A DNA stretch of 64,000 bases from Candidatus Campbellbacteria bacterium RIFOXYC2_FULL_35_25 (GTDB taxonomy: Bacteria; Patescibacteriota; Minisyncoccia; Phycocordibacterales; UBA12079): NCBI GenBank assembly GCA_001774495.1, contig MFAE01000006.1, positions 5,356-69,355 on the forward strand. The letters are read 5' to 3'. Each line of letters begins with the position of its first letter. Positions within the stretch are counted from its first letter, which is position 1. Below the pieces are notes generated by a model. It saw only the letters and a program-made list of their open reading frames with translations, made no database searches and was not told the DNA's origin. Shown piece by piece: positions 39,618-49,019 of this stretch. Position numbers and translations under genes: made by a program.

Positions 39618-41093
39618 TTAGTCTATTATTTTAAAGTCATCAGCACTTAACGTTTCTTCTTCAAGACTAATTTCTTCAGTCATTTTTCTTGAAAAGAGAA
39701 TTCCAACGACTGAAATCAGTATAAGTCCCATAAGTAAAAAAGTCCACTTATTAAATAAATTCAAACCATCTACAGCACCGCCAACAAAAGCTATCTGACT
39801 CTTATTAAAATCTTCAATTTGTGAGTACTCGGTACCCACAATTTCTTTCTTTACTGGTTCACTTTCTGCAGAAACTTCAGGTATCCCCAAAATACCGTTT
39901 CCCTCGGCCCTACTTGTGGGGTTAGCCTCCAAGTTGGCTTTACTTGGGGGTTTAACTCCCAAGTTATTTTTTATTAAAGGATTGGCGACAATTTTCCCAT
40001 ACTGGAAAACGGTTTCTCCGTTTGGATATAATAGGAAAGTTTGATTTATATCAGGGAAATTTAATCCTGTTATTTTTGAAGGTAATATCATTTTTTTATT
40101 AGCCAAAATAATTGTGTCTTTTGGCAAAGTAAAATAATTATTTTCAGACTTAATCATCCACCAAGATAAATTTAACTCGTAGTTAGAATTATTTTGTAAC
40201 TCTAAAAATCCCTTTTCATTGTCTATATTAGAAATAATAATATCAGCGGGCAATGCTTTCACCACGATTCTATCACTAGCAGAATATTTTCCAGAAGAAA
40301 TATTCAAAACCACAACGTATTCGCCAGGATATTGATAATTATGCAAAACATTTTCCCCTTCCTTTGTGTCTCCATCACCAAAACTCCAAACGTAGCGAGC
40401 ATTTTGTAATGGTTCTTTTTCTAAACCAACAGCCAATGCTTCAAAAACAGAGCTGGCCCCCACGATTACATTTTTATCATTTCCAATATCAACAAGAATT
40501 CTTTTTTTCATTAAATCTTCTGTCTCTACCACAAGAGACATTTCACCAGAAACGGTTGCTGCTTCTACCAAAGAGGCTTCTTCATTAAGACTATTTGGCT
40601 GACCGAGAGTCGGACTAACACTTAACCAACTACTACCAACTAACTGAAGAGAATTTCCATCACCATTGGCCCCCATTTCTTTATTGTAAGTAGCAGAGTC
40701 AACCTCAGCTTCATTGATAAGACTTAACGTATCTGTGGTATTACCCAAACTCATAACTGTATCAATAACTGTCCCATTAAAACTTGGGTGTTCACTTCGA
40801 AATAACTCTGCATCACCAGAAAGAATTGCAAAACTACCTGCCCCGATAATTAAAGAGCCCTGCCCACCATTCTTTGGTGGCTCATTTAAATTATGACTAC
40901 TCCCGTCATTAAATTTCCAACCAGTTAGATCAACATCTTCATTTCCATTATTCCAAATTTCAATCCATTCTCTGCCGTCATCTGACCCCTCTATGTCATA
41001 CATTATTTCATTGATAACAATCTGAGCATTCGCAATATTCCCCCAAAATAAAACAAAAACAAAGATAAAACTAAATTTAATCTTTGCTTTCAT
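39618..41093 (-). CDS. Secreted lamin-tail + PKD domain protein with C-terminal TM anchor
   Basis: Signal peptide, IVINEIMYD..EWIEIWN..VDLTGW, PKD motif WSFGDG..HNYQYPGEY, second LTD-like unit, C-terminal TM. Confidence 0.85.
   Translation of the reverse strand: MKAKIKFSFIFVFVLFWGNIANAQIVINEIMYDIEGSDDGREWIEIWNNGNEDVDLTGWKFNDGSSHNLNEPPKNGGQGSLIIGAGSFAILSGDAELFRSEHPSFNGTVIDTVMSLGNTTDTLSLINEAEVDSATYNKEMGANGDGNSLQLVGSSWLSVSPTLGQPNSLNEEASLVEAATVSGEMSLVVETEDLMKKRILVDIGNDKNVIVGASSVFEALAVGLEKEPLQNARYVWSFGDGDTKEGENVLHNYQYPGEYVVVLNISSGKYSASDRIVVKALPADIIISNIDNEKGFLELQNNSNYELNLSWWMIKSENNYFTLPKDTIILANKKMILPSKITGLNFPDINQTFLLYPNGETVFQYGKIVANPLIKNNLGVKPPSKANLEANPTSRAEGNGILGIPEVSAESEPVKKEIVGTEYSQIEDFNKSQIAFVGGAVDGLNLFNKWTFLLMGLILISVVGILFSRKMTEEISLEEETLSADDFKIID
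39912..39964. repeat. Two tandem REP-like palindromes inside a coding sequence
   Basis: ACTTGTGGGGTTAGCCTCCAAGT and ACTTGGGGGTTTAACTCCCAAGT, 30 bp apart. Confidence 0.6.
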
Positions 41094-41156
41094 TTTATTT
41101 CTTTCCAAAATTCTCGTCATAACTCAAAAATTCAAAGTCTCTTCTACAAGAAGAAT

Positions 41157-42953
41157 TTAACTTCCCAAAATCTCTCTCAAAATTTTTTCAGGAACTTCTC
41201 TTAATTCCTCTTCCTTTTTGGGAATAGAGGCTTTTTTGTCTTCCTCAGCCTCTTTTAAAGCTTTTTTTAAAGTTTCTTTTAATTTCTCTTTATTCGACTT
41301 TTCGATGTCTTTATTTAAAGTGTCTTGCTTCTCCAATATCTTTTTCTTCTCTCCTACGTCTTCTCCCTTAGTCCTTGAAATACTATCCATTGCACCACTC
41401 AAGGCCTCTTTAAGTGAATTTTTTCCCTCTAATACCGGCCTTTTGGCAGAAGATGGGGTTGTAGGTGTCATTGGTGTTGGTGTTACCTTTGCGGTTGTCG
41501 GCATCGCTTTTGTCGCTGTGGTAGTAGTAGTGGTAGTAGTTGTTGTTGGCGCTTTATTTGCCGAATACTTCTGGCTGTTTCCTTCAAACCTTTTTTGAGG
41601 GGCACCTTCACTAGGCTTCGCTCCCTCTTTCTCGTTAGAAACAACCTTCTTAACCTTGAATGATTTTTCGTGCCAATCTTTTATTTCTTTCTCTACTTCA
41701 GTCTTAGGCCGAGTAAAACGATTTCTAGAAGCAGCAACAATCTCATCCCGAAAAGAGATGCCTTGTTTCTTTATTGGAGGAAGTGTTCTTGCTGAAAAAG
41801 GAGTAGAGCCAACTCCGTCAATCATTAACTTTAAATAGATTTGAGCGAAACCAAGATTAACAATATCATCCATAAGAAAAACTGGCGAAAATTCTTTTTC
41901 AAATATTTCAGCATCAAATGACCCTACTCGGAAAACAATCATAGTCCCGACGTTTCCAAAAACAGCAAAACGAACCACCTCAGGCATTTGCTCAATATAT
42001 TGGTGAGCCATTGTTAAATTTAGTTTATATTTTCTAGCCTGAGATAAAATATCAGCGAAGGAATCATTGGCGAGGTTCTGAAACTCATCTATGTGTAAAT
42101 AAAAATTGGGGTGTTGGGCTAACTCACCCGGAGATAAATCGGCTCTACTCATTGCCGCTAAAAATATTTTTGTTGTCATCATAGAGCCGAGTAAATTTGC
42201 ATTTGACTCCCCAATTTGACCAATGGATAGATTTATCAAAAGGATTTTTCTAGTATCCATAACATTCCTAAAATCAAAAGAAGATTTAACTTGTCCTACA
42301 ATATTTCTGATAATTGAATTTGATGTAAACTGCCCTACTTTATTCAAAACAGCCGAATATGCATCTTTTCTGTATCTATCATCCCAAGCTGCATATTCTT
42401 TTTCCCAAAAGGCTTTAACCGAGGGGTCAGTAACATAGCTGACGACCTCTTTTTGGAAGTCATTATCAGTAAACATCCTTGGCATAGATAACATTGTAGA
42501 ATTTGGGTACTCCAAAAGAGCCAAAATTGTATTGCTGGTGATGTGTTCCATCCTGTCAGAAAAAGTTTCTTCTCCCCAAATCTTTTTAAAGGAAGATAAA
42601 AGACCTTGGGCAACTAGGTGCCTTTTTTCAGGGTCAACATTTTCCATAACGTTGAAAGCAATAGGATGTTCTGTATCAAAAGGAGCAAAATAAATAACAT
42701 CATCTATTCTATTTTCTGGAACGTAATCTAAAAACTTATCTATGGAACCTCCGTGTGGGTCAATAAAGGCAATCCCATTACCATCCAAAATATCCTGCGC
42801 TGCCATATTTTCTAGGAGAGTAGATTTTCCCATTCCTGTCTTTCCTATAACATAAACGTGGCGGGCTCTGTCTAATGCTTTTATTCCAAAAGGAGTTTTT
42901 TTGTTACGAAAATCAGTTTCCGCAAAATATGTAATTTTGTTAAGATCTTCCAT
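41157..42953 (-). CDS. VirD4/TraD-like coupling ATPase (DUF87-type)
   Basis: RARHVYVIGKTGMGKS, FIDPHG, LHIDEFQN, ARKYKLNLTMAHQY; Thr/Pro-rich C-terminal tail. Confidence 0.88.
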   Translation of the reverse strand: MEDLNKITYFAETDFRNKKTPFGIKALDRARHVYVIGKTGMGKSTLLENMAAQDILDGNGIAFIDPHGGSIDKFLDYVPENRIDDVIYFAPFDTEHPIAFNVMENVDPEKRHLVAQGLLSSFKKIWGEETFSDRMEHITSNTILALLEYPNSTMLSMPRMFTDNDFQKEVVSYVTDPSVKAFWEKEYAAWDDRYRKDAYSAVLNKVGQFTSNSIIRNIVGQVKSSFDFRNVMDTRKILLINLSIGQIGESNANLLGSMMTTKIFLAAMSRADLSPGELAQHPNFYLHIDEFQNLANDSFADILSQARKYKLNLTMAHQYIEQMPEVVRFAVFGNVGTMIVFRVGSFDAEIFEKEFSPVFLMDDIVNLGFAQIYLKLMIDGVGSTPFSARTLPPIKKQGISFRDEIVAASRNRFTRPKTEVEKEIKDWHEKSFKVKKVVSNEKEGAKPSEGAPQKRFEGNSQKYSANKAPTTTTTTTTTTATKAMPTTAKVTPTPMTPTTPSSAKRPVLEGKNSLKEALSGAMDSISRTKGEDVGEKKKILEKQDTLNKDIEKSNKEKLKETLKKALKEAEEDKKASIPKKEEELREVPEKILREILGS

Positions 42954-43067
42954 ACCTATTAGTATAAAGTTAAAAGGAGAAAGTTAAAAGGGGGAAAATT
43001 GAATTAAAAAATAAACAAAAAACAAACACTCCTGTGTTTGTTTTTTGTTTTCTCTCTTCTTAATTTT

Positions 43068-46000
43068 CTACTGGTTGTAAACATCACAAAAGACTTTCCT
43101 GGTCATAGGGCCAAAGACTCCGTAACCGGTAGTTGCTTCTGTTCCTGAACAAACAACATCATATTTACACTGGTATCTTTGAACAGCTTTGATAGTTAAA
43201 TTTCCGTAATAGCCCGAGTTTATCCCTTTGGGATAAATCTTCTTGTCTAGGGATAAAATTTCTTGTAACTTTTTGACTTGTTCATTTTCCATACCGTAGG
43301 AGAGGGTGGCATTAAAGTATTGTGAGCAAGTCAAACCATCAATTAGTTTTGTTCCTACTGGGTTAACGATTGGGGTTTGGTCTGTTGTGGAAGTAGCAAT
43401 ACTAAAACTAATATTAGCGTCTGTAGTATTAGTATTCCCGACTGTATCTCTGCACTTAATGTAATAATTATGATTACCGTTACTTAATCTACTAATTATA
43501 GCACTGTGAGTATCCCCACTGGCTGTCATTGTTCCTGTCATTGAATCGTAGGCAGTGTTAGCTACTGTGCTGTATTTACAAATGGCTGTTTCATTCGTTG
43601 TGACAGAAAGAATGGTTGAGGTTGTGCCTGCTGGTAATATGCCCGTTGGAATTAAAGAAGAAATAACAGGGGGAACGGTGTCAGTGATCCCTCCACCAAC
43701 AGTAGCTGTGTTTGAATAGGCGCCTAGATTACCCGCCATATCAAAAGCTTTCACAGAATAGGTGTAGTTTGTGTTGGGTATCAGAGCCGTGTCTGAATAA
43801 AAATTAGTTATGGTTGTTGTAAGGGAATTTGTTGGTGTACAAGAAGTCCCGGCACACCTGTATATGTGGTAACCAGCTACCCCTAGATCGTCAGTTGCTG
43901 AAACCCAAGTTAAATTGATTTGGGAAGAAGAAATTGAAGTTGCTTGTAATCTAGCAGGAGCCGATGGAGCGATGGTATCAACCCAAGCGGAATCGTACTC
44001 ATCATTATCTTCTGCAGAAGCACATCCAGGATCAATAGGATAATCTATTTTTCCATCAGAATCATTATCTATTCCATCGTTACATTGATAAATCCCACTT
44101 AGGGCGCAAGTCTGAGTTCCTGTTGTTATTGGTTTAGTTGCTGTGGTACCACAACTGTTAGCATCTGTGCAAGTTCTTGTCTGAGTTTGTGAGTTGTTGG
44201 AACAAACCCCCCAAGCACTCCAAGAGGAGCATGTCCAAGCTTCGATACAAACAGGGGGAGTATAAATACAAGATTGAGTCAAGACTGGTGAGCCTCCAAC
44301 ACACCCTGTTGGAGTTGAAGATATAATTGTTCTTGATTGTGTTCCATTAGATTGGCAAGTTCCGAAAGTAGAATAGGTGAAGTTAGTGCAGGTGACAGGT
44401 GAAGTAATTGTATATTTTTCCAACCAATTTTCTGCTGACCAACCGTCAGGAGCACTGTCGTAATTCACTTGCCACCACCAGTAACCATCACTAGATACAG
44501 GACCTCCAATAATTGTCCCTAACAAACCAACGGCTTGGGTACCTAAATAAGTTCCCGAAGGTGTAGCGCGGACGTTGAGAGTAGTGGTTGTTTTGGCACG
44601 ATCGTTAATAGCTAGTTTTGTGGAAGCTACCAAAGTAGCTGTGCAAGCTTGTGTTTGAGTAACGGACGGTTTGTTCGTAGTAGTGCCACAACTATTGACA
44701 TCGGTGCAAGCCCTGGTTTGGGTTCGGGAACTATTGTTGCAAGCGGACCAAGCACTCCAAACAGAACACGACCATGATTCGGTGCAAGTAGCAGATGAAG
44801 TGGTTAGGTATTTTTCTAAATATTGTTCCACTGACCAACCGTCAGGAGCATTGTCGTAATTCACTTGCCACCACCAGTAACCATCACTAGATACAGGACC
44901 TCCAATAATTGTCCCAAAAGCCCCTAGAACTTGAGAACCCAAGAGTGTTCCTGTTATTGAAGGAGTGGCACGGACATTAAGAGTGGTTGTTGTTTTAACG
45001 TTGTCATTGATAGCTAGTTTGGTGGAAACTGTTGGGGTAATTGTACAAGACTGAGTGGTCACTGGTGAGCCACCGGTACAACCTGTCGGGGAGGAAGTAA
45101 TAACGGTTCTTGTTTGAGTATTGTTGGATTGACAGGTATTCCAGCTTGAATAGGTGAAAGAGGTGCAGGTGGTAGGAGTTGGGGTTGGATTGATAGCAGA
45201 ACTAGATGGCATCCCGTCCCGTACTTCCCAATCATCAACTTGTCTAGAAAATGTACCTGTCTCTTCTGCATCAATAGATGGGGCAGCCACATAATAAACA
45301 TTATTAGGTGTCCAAACTCCGTCTGCATAATCGGCATCCAACTTTAAAGTACCATCGTACCAGAATTTACTAATCCCTGTAGAAAATTTAATATAGAATT
45401 CGTAATGATGCCATTTTCCGTCAGTCATATTAGGAGTGCCAATGTATTTACTCAACTCTATCATTGTCCCATTGCCTTTGGCAGAGTAATATATTGTACC
45501 ATCATTCATCATTGTGTAGTGAACATAACTTTGAACACCATTCCAATGAGGATAAAATAATTTGAAATTTTCAAAAGTATCGGTGCTTGTGAAATTTGGA
45601 TACCGCATCCAAAAAGACACGTGCATCTCATCTGATGGCCAAGGAGATGGGATATTATTCTTCCAAACAAGATGGGCCGAATTCACATTTCCAGAACTAA
45701 ATGAATATCCAGTTCCATTCCGGCCTACAGCATTAAGATTATAGTCTGGAGGAGAAAGCACAGACCAGTTTGGTCCATACACAATTAATCTACTGTCAAC
45801 CTCTTGGTCATCAAAATTTTCCTGAAAAAGAAGAGAGGAGCCAGAAACAGTAGCAGAAGTACAAGCTTGCGATCCAGTTGTGGTTGGTTTACTTGTGGTT
45901 GTACCACAACTATTGACATCGGTGCAAGCCCTGGTTTGGGTTTGGGAACTATTGTTGCAAGCGGACCAAGCACTCCAAACAGAACACGACCATGATTCGG

Positions 46001-47225
46001 TGCAAGTAGCAGATGAAGTGGTTAGGTATTTTTCTAAATATTGTTCCACTGACCAACCGTCAGGAGCATTGTCGTAATTCACTTGCCACCACCAGTAACC
46101 ATCACTAGATACAGGACCTCCAATAATTGTCCCAAAAGCCCCTAGAACTTGAGAACCCAAGAGTGTTCCTGTTATTGAAGGAGTGGCACGGACATTAAGA
46201 GTGGTGGTTGTTTTGACACGATCGTTAATAGCTAGTTTTGTGGAAACTGTCTGGGAAGTGGTGCAAGATTGGGTTTGGGTGGTGATTGGTTTACTGGTGG
46301 TGGTGCCACAAGAGTTGGCATCGGTGCAGGTTTTGGTTTGAGATTGGGAGTTATTGGTGCAAGTGGACCAAGCGCTCCAAGAGGTGCACGACCATGATTC
46401 GGTGCAGATGGTAGATGGAGGGGTAGTTGATATGGATGATGACATAAACGCAAATGGAGGAAGTCCATCCCAAACCTCATAATCATCAATCGCCCATCCT
46501 CCATGACCATCCGCAGAGTCACATGTCGCTTTCAAAGCAGGAGACCTGTCAAGTCCCGCGCCATTATAATGCCCGGTTATTATATTGTTCCTATCAGAAA
46601 CTATTTCATTATTAATAGCCATCACGAAATGACCATCGGGATTGCTATGGCTTGTTCCGGATGAAAGTTTCATATAAATCTCGACCTTCATCCAATCGCC
46701 ACGAGTATAACTGGCTCCAAACCAATCACTGCCTATTGGTGTCCCAGATCCTCCCTGCCACACCAACCCCACTCCCGTATCTGAAAAAGAGGTGAATGCT
46801 ATCTCCGTGTGTCCTAAACTTCCACCATCAAACCAAAGTTGTTTGGTGTTATAGTATGTATTTCCTACACAATTGGAATAATTTGCATCAAACTTCACCC
46901 AATATTTTATATATAACTCATCCGTTGCAGGAAAGGGCGATGAAGGAAATGCAATATTAAGATCACCACCACTATCATCTAAATTATGCGTGCTCCATGC
47001 TGCAAGGCCCGTATGCCCCGGCACATAAGTTACTATATGGTCAGGATTGCTCGGATGATTATACCAATATTCATACGCGTGGATATAGCCCAACGAATCA
47101 GTAAGGTTGTTTTCAAAATCCACTTTGCTGATTTGATTGGCGGCCTGGCTAACTTCTGTCTTGAATAGAAAAATTCCAACAATGAAAATAATAACTAAAG
47201 AATACCTGGTTATTTTTTTTGTCAT
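43068..47225 (-). CDS. Large mosaic cell-surface protein (2 LamG/lectin-like, TSP1-like repeats, 3 SH3-like, Cys-rich Ca-binding motif, FN3, Ig-like, peptidoglycan-binding)
   Basis: Signal peptide; WSCxxWSAWSxC repeats; LNVRATPS..GYWWWQVNYD..GW x3; CNDGIDNDSDGKIDYPIDPGC; DTIAPSAP..YSVKAFDMAGN; VKKLQEIL..GYYGNLTIKAVQRYQ. Confidence 0.85.
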   Translation of the reverse strand: MTKKITRYSLVIIFIVGIFLFKTEVSQAANQISKVDFENNLTDSLGYIHAYEYWYNHPSNPDHIVTYVPGHTGLAAWSTHNLDDSGGDLNIAFPSSPFPATDELYIKYWVKFDANYSNCVGNTYYNTKQLWFDGGSLGHTEIAFTSFSDTGVGLVWQGGSGTPIGSDWFGASYTRGDWMKVEIYMKLSSGTSHSNPDGHFVMAINNEIVSDRNNIITGHYNGAGLDRSPALKATCDSADGHGGWAIDDYEVWDGLPPFAFMSSSISTTPPSTICTESWSCTSWSAWSTCTNNSQSQTKTCTDANSCGTTTSKPITTQTQSCTTSQTVSTKLAINDRVKTTTTLNVRATPSITGTLLGSQVLGAFGTIIGGPVSSDGYWWWQVNYDNAPDGWSVEQYLEKYLTTSSATCTESWSCSVWSAWSACNNSSQTQTRACTDVNSCGTTTSKPTTTGSQACTSATVSGSSLLFQENFDDQEVDSRLIVYGPNWSVLSPPDYNLNAVGRNGTGYSFSSGNVNSAHLVWKNNIPSPWPSDEMHVSFWMRYPNFTSTDTFENFKLFYPHWNGVQSYVHYTMMNDGTIYYSAKGNGTMIELSKYIGTPNMTDGKWHHYEFYIKFSTGISKFWYDGTLKLDADYADGVWTPNNVYYVAAPSIDAEETGTFSRQVDDWEVRDGMPSSSAINPTPTPTTCTSFTYSSWNTCQSNNTQTRTVITSSPTGCTGGSPVTTQSCTITPTVSTKLAINDNVKTTTTLNVRATPSITGTLLGSQVLGAFGTIIGGPVSSDGYWWWQVNYDNAPDGWSVEQYLEKYLTTSSATCTESWSCSVWSAWSACNNSSRTQTRACTDVNSCGTTTNKPSVTQTQACTATLVASTKLAINDRAKTTTTLNVRATPSGTYLGTQAVGLLGTIIGGPVSSDGYWWWQVNYDSAPDGWSAENWLEKYTITSPVTCTNFTYSTFGTCQSNGTQSRTIISSTPTGCVGGSPVLTQSCIYTPPVCIEAWTCSSWSAWGVCSNNSQTQTRTCTDANSCGTTATKPITTGTQTCALSGIYQCNDGIDNDSDGKIDYPIDPGCASAEDNDEYDSAWVDTIAPSAPARLQATSISSSQINLTWVSATDDLGVAGYHIYRCAGTSCTPTNSLTTTITNFYSDTALIPNTNYTYSVKAFDMAGNLGAYSNTATVGGGITDTVPPVISSLIPTGILPAGTTSTILSVTTNETAICKYSTVANTAYDSMTGTMTASGDTHSAIISRLSNGNHNYYIKCRDTVGNTNTTDANISFSIATSTTDQTPIVNPVGTKLIDGLTCSQYFNATLSYGMENEQVKKLQEILSLDKKIYPKGINSGYYGNLTIKAVQRYQCKYDVVCSGTEATTGYGVFGPMTRKVFCDVYNQ
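44686..46205. repeat. Near-identical ~300-bp intragenic direct repeat (44686-44987 and 45904-46205)
   Basis: Offset 1218 bp; one substitution seen by eye; partial third copy at ~44435-44520. Confidence 0.9.
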
Positions 47226-47351
47226 ATTTTATTTCCCTTTTTTAAATAGCTCTATGCTAAACAAGAGTGTATTCAAAAAATTTATAGTTTTTAAATGTTC
47301 ACACTATTAATAGTATTAATGATATCACTTCCTTCCAAATTAGTGGGGGGG

Positions 47352-47360
47352 TTATCCACA
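47352..47360 (+). promoter_or_regulatory. Consensus DnaA box
   Basis: TTATCCACA in the upstream region of the surface-protein gene. Confidence 0.45.
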
Positions 47361-47472
47361 ATACAAAATTGGGTCGGCCTAACAAGCAAAAAACTCTTTT
47401 GTTTCAAAAACGTTTATATCCTCTCTTTTAAATTATAAAAGGGAATGACTTACAAAAATAAATAAGTTTAAT

Positions 47473-48675
47473 TTATTCTCTTTTTAGCGCTCCACTAGTA
47501 TATTTATTAGAAGCTGACCACAACATCCAACTAGTTAAACCGGCATCATAAGTCGCTTGGATCTGAGCCTTAACTTCTGGAACATCATAATTTCCTCCGT
47601 AATCAAAATCTTGTAACCACGGCCTTAGTTTTGAAGGGGTTGTGCTAGCATTTACCAATTTTTTCACACCCTCATCCATAACAAACTTTATTAATTCGTA
47701 AGGATGTTTGTTAGGGTCACTCCATCCGTTAAAATTAGGAGGGTAATGAGACGGGTAAACCATTGGCGCGACATAATCAAAATAACGAGCGGCATCTTCT
47801 AATATCTGACCAATATTTAAGTCGTCTGAATTTGTTGTTGTCATACCGAAGAGATCTGCCGATAAGATAACATCGGTATCTCTAAAATTTCTCCTCAGAT
47901 AAACAAAAAATTCTTTGAGAACATTTGATTTTCCTAAGTACGAATCAGCATTAATTTTTTCCTCACTAAAAGGATAATAAATATCTTTCATATTTCCATC
48001 AGAGGGGAACCTTATATAATCAAAATTGAGTTCATCAAAACCATACTCGTAAGACTGTTTTCCAATAGCAATAATATAATCCCAAACTTCTTTGGAACCA
48101 GCATCCAACCAACTAATACCCTTGCGGTCTCTCCAAATTCCACCATCGCTAGCCCTTTTTACAGCTAAATCAGGCCTAATCTTGGTCATGTGCAAGTCCT
48201 GAAAAACAGGAATTCTTCCAATAACATAAATATGTTTATCATGTAGATCTTTTATTAAACCTTTTATATCTTGAATTTTACACTCTCCTTCGCTTAAATT
48301 AGCGACGGAATCCTTTAAAAAAGGGTCATCAACATCAAAGGCAATTTTTCCAGTTTCATCTTTTATATTTAGAACAATCGCGTTTAATTCTGTGGTGTCA
48401 ATTAAATTTATTAAATTATCTCTTAGGCTCGGGGTACTCGCCACACAAGCTGTCATATAAATTGCTTTTAAAGACTTTGGGATTTCAACATGAGTAGCAA
48501 CAAAAACCTCTTCTACGGGGAGCTCTACTCCAACTTCTTCTGGAGCTGCATTGTATTTTACAGAAAAGAATTCAGGGAAACTTGAGTAAGAGAAAAATGA
48601 GAGGGCAACAAAAAAAACCCCTGCGAAGAGAGGCTTAGTAGAAAATCGATTCTTTTGTTCTTTTTCTTTTACCAT
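47473..48675 (-). CDS. Putative glycoside hydrolase (DUF4015-like), membrane anchored
   Basis: ELNAIVLNIKDETG, GFDELNFDYIRFPSDG, PMVYPSHY, RPWLQDF. Confidence 0.85.
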   Translation of the reverse strand: MVKEKEQKNRFSTKPLFAGVFFVALSFFSYSSFPEFFSVKYNAAPEEVGVELPVEEVFVATHVEIPKSLKAIYMTACVASTPSLRDNLINLIDTTELNAIVLNIKDETGKIAFDVDDPFLKDSVANLSEGECKIQDIKGLIKDLHDKHIYVIGRIPVFQDLHMTKIRPDLAVKRASDGGIWRDRKGISWLDAGSKEVWDYIIAIGKQSYEYGFDELNFDYIRFPSDGNMKDIYYPFSEEKINADSYLGKSNVLKEFFVYLRRNFRDTDVILSADLFGMTTTNSDDLNIGQILEDAARYFDYVAPMVYPSHYPPNFNGWSDPNKHPYELIKFVMDEGVKKLVNASTTPSKLRPWLQDFDYGGNYDVPEVKAQIQATYDAGLTSWMLWSASNKYTSGALKRE

Positions 48676-48770
48676 TTTTATTCTTTGTTTTCAAAATCCT
48701 CAACAGTTTCTTGGTTTCTTTGTTCTTTCGTTTCTATGTTTCTATGTTCTTTTGTTTCTTTGTCTCCCAG

Positions 48771-48977
48771 TTATTCATTTTGTTTAAAACTAGAGCTCTC
48801 GCTATTCCCTTTAGTTTTTTTTATATCCTTAAATATTTTTTTCAAATATAAAGCCCTAACAACAATCAGAAAACCAAGAAAAACCAAGATGCCTGTCTCC
48901 CACATACTAGGTAACCCTAAATAAGGGGTCAGCATAACCAGAAAACCGGTTGTTAAAACTATATTCATGATACTCAC
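48771..48977 (-). CDS. Small membrane protein
   Basis: Two hydrophobic helices around PYLGLP..W; TATAAT directly upstream. Confidence 0.6.
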   Translation of the reverse strand: MSIMNIVLTTGFLVMLTPYLGLPSMWETGILVFLGFLIVVRALYLKKIFKDIKKTKGNSESSSFKQNE

Positions 48978-49019
48978 TATTATAGTAAAAAATTACTAAA
49001 AACAAAAGCCCTGAAAACT

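Noticed and set aside
41455-41550. Poly-Thr/Pro tract in the VirD4-like gene as a contingency repeat
   Set aside because: Codons are mixed (ACA/ACT/ACC), consistent with an ordinary low-complexity linker.
44435-46205. Possible DGR template/variable repeat pair
   Set aside because: Both copies are coding modules of one gene, only isolated substitutions were seen, and there is no reverse transcriptase in the window.
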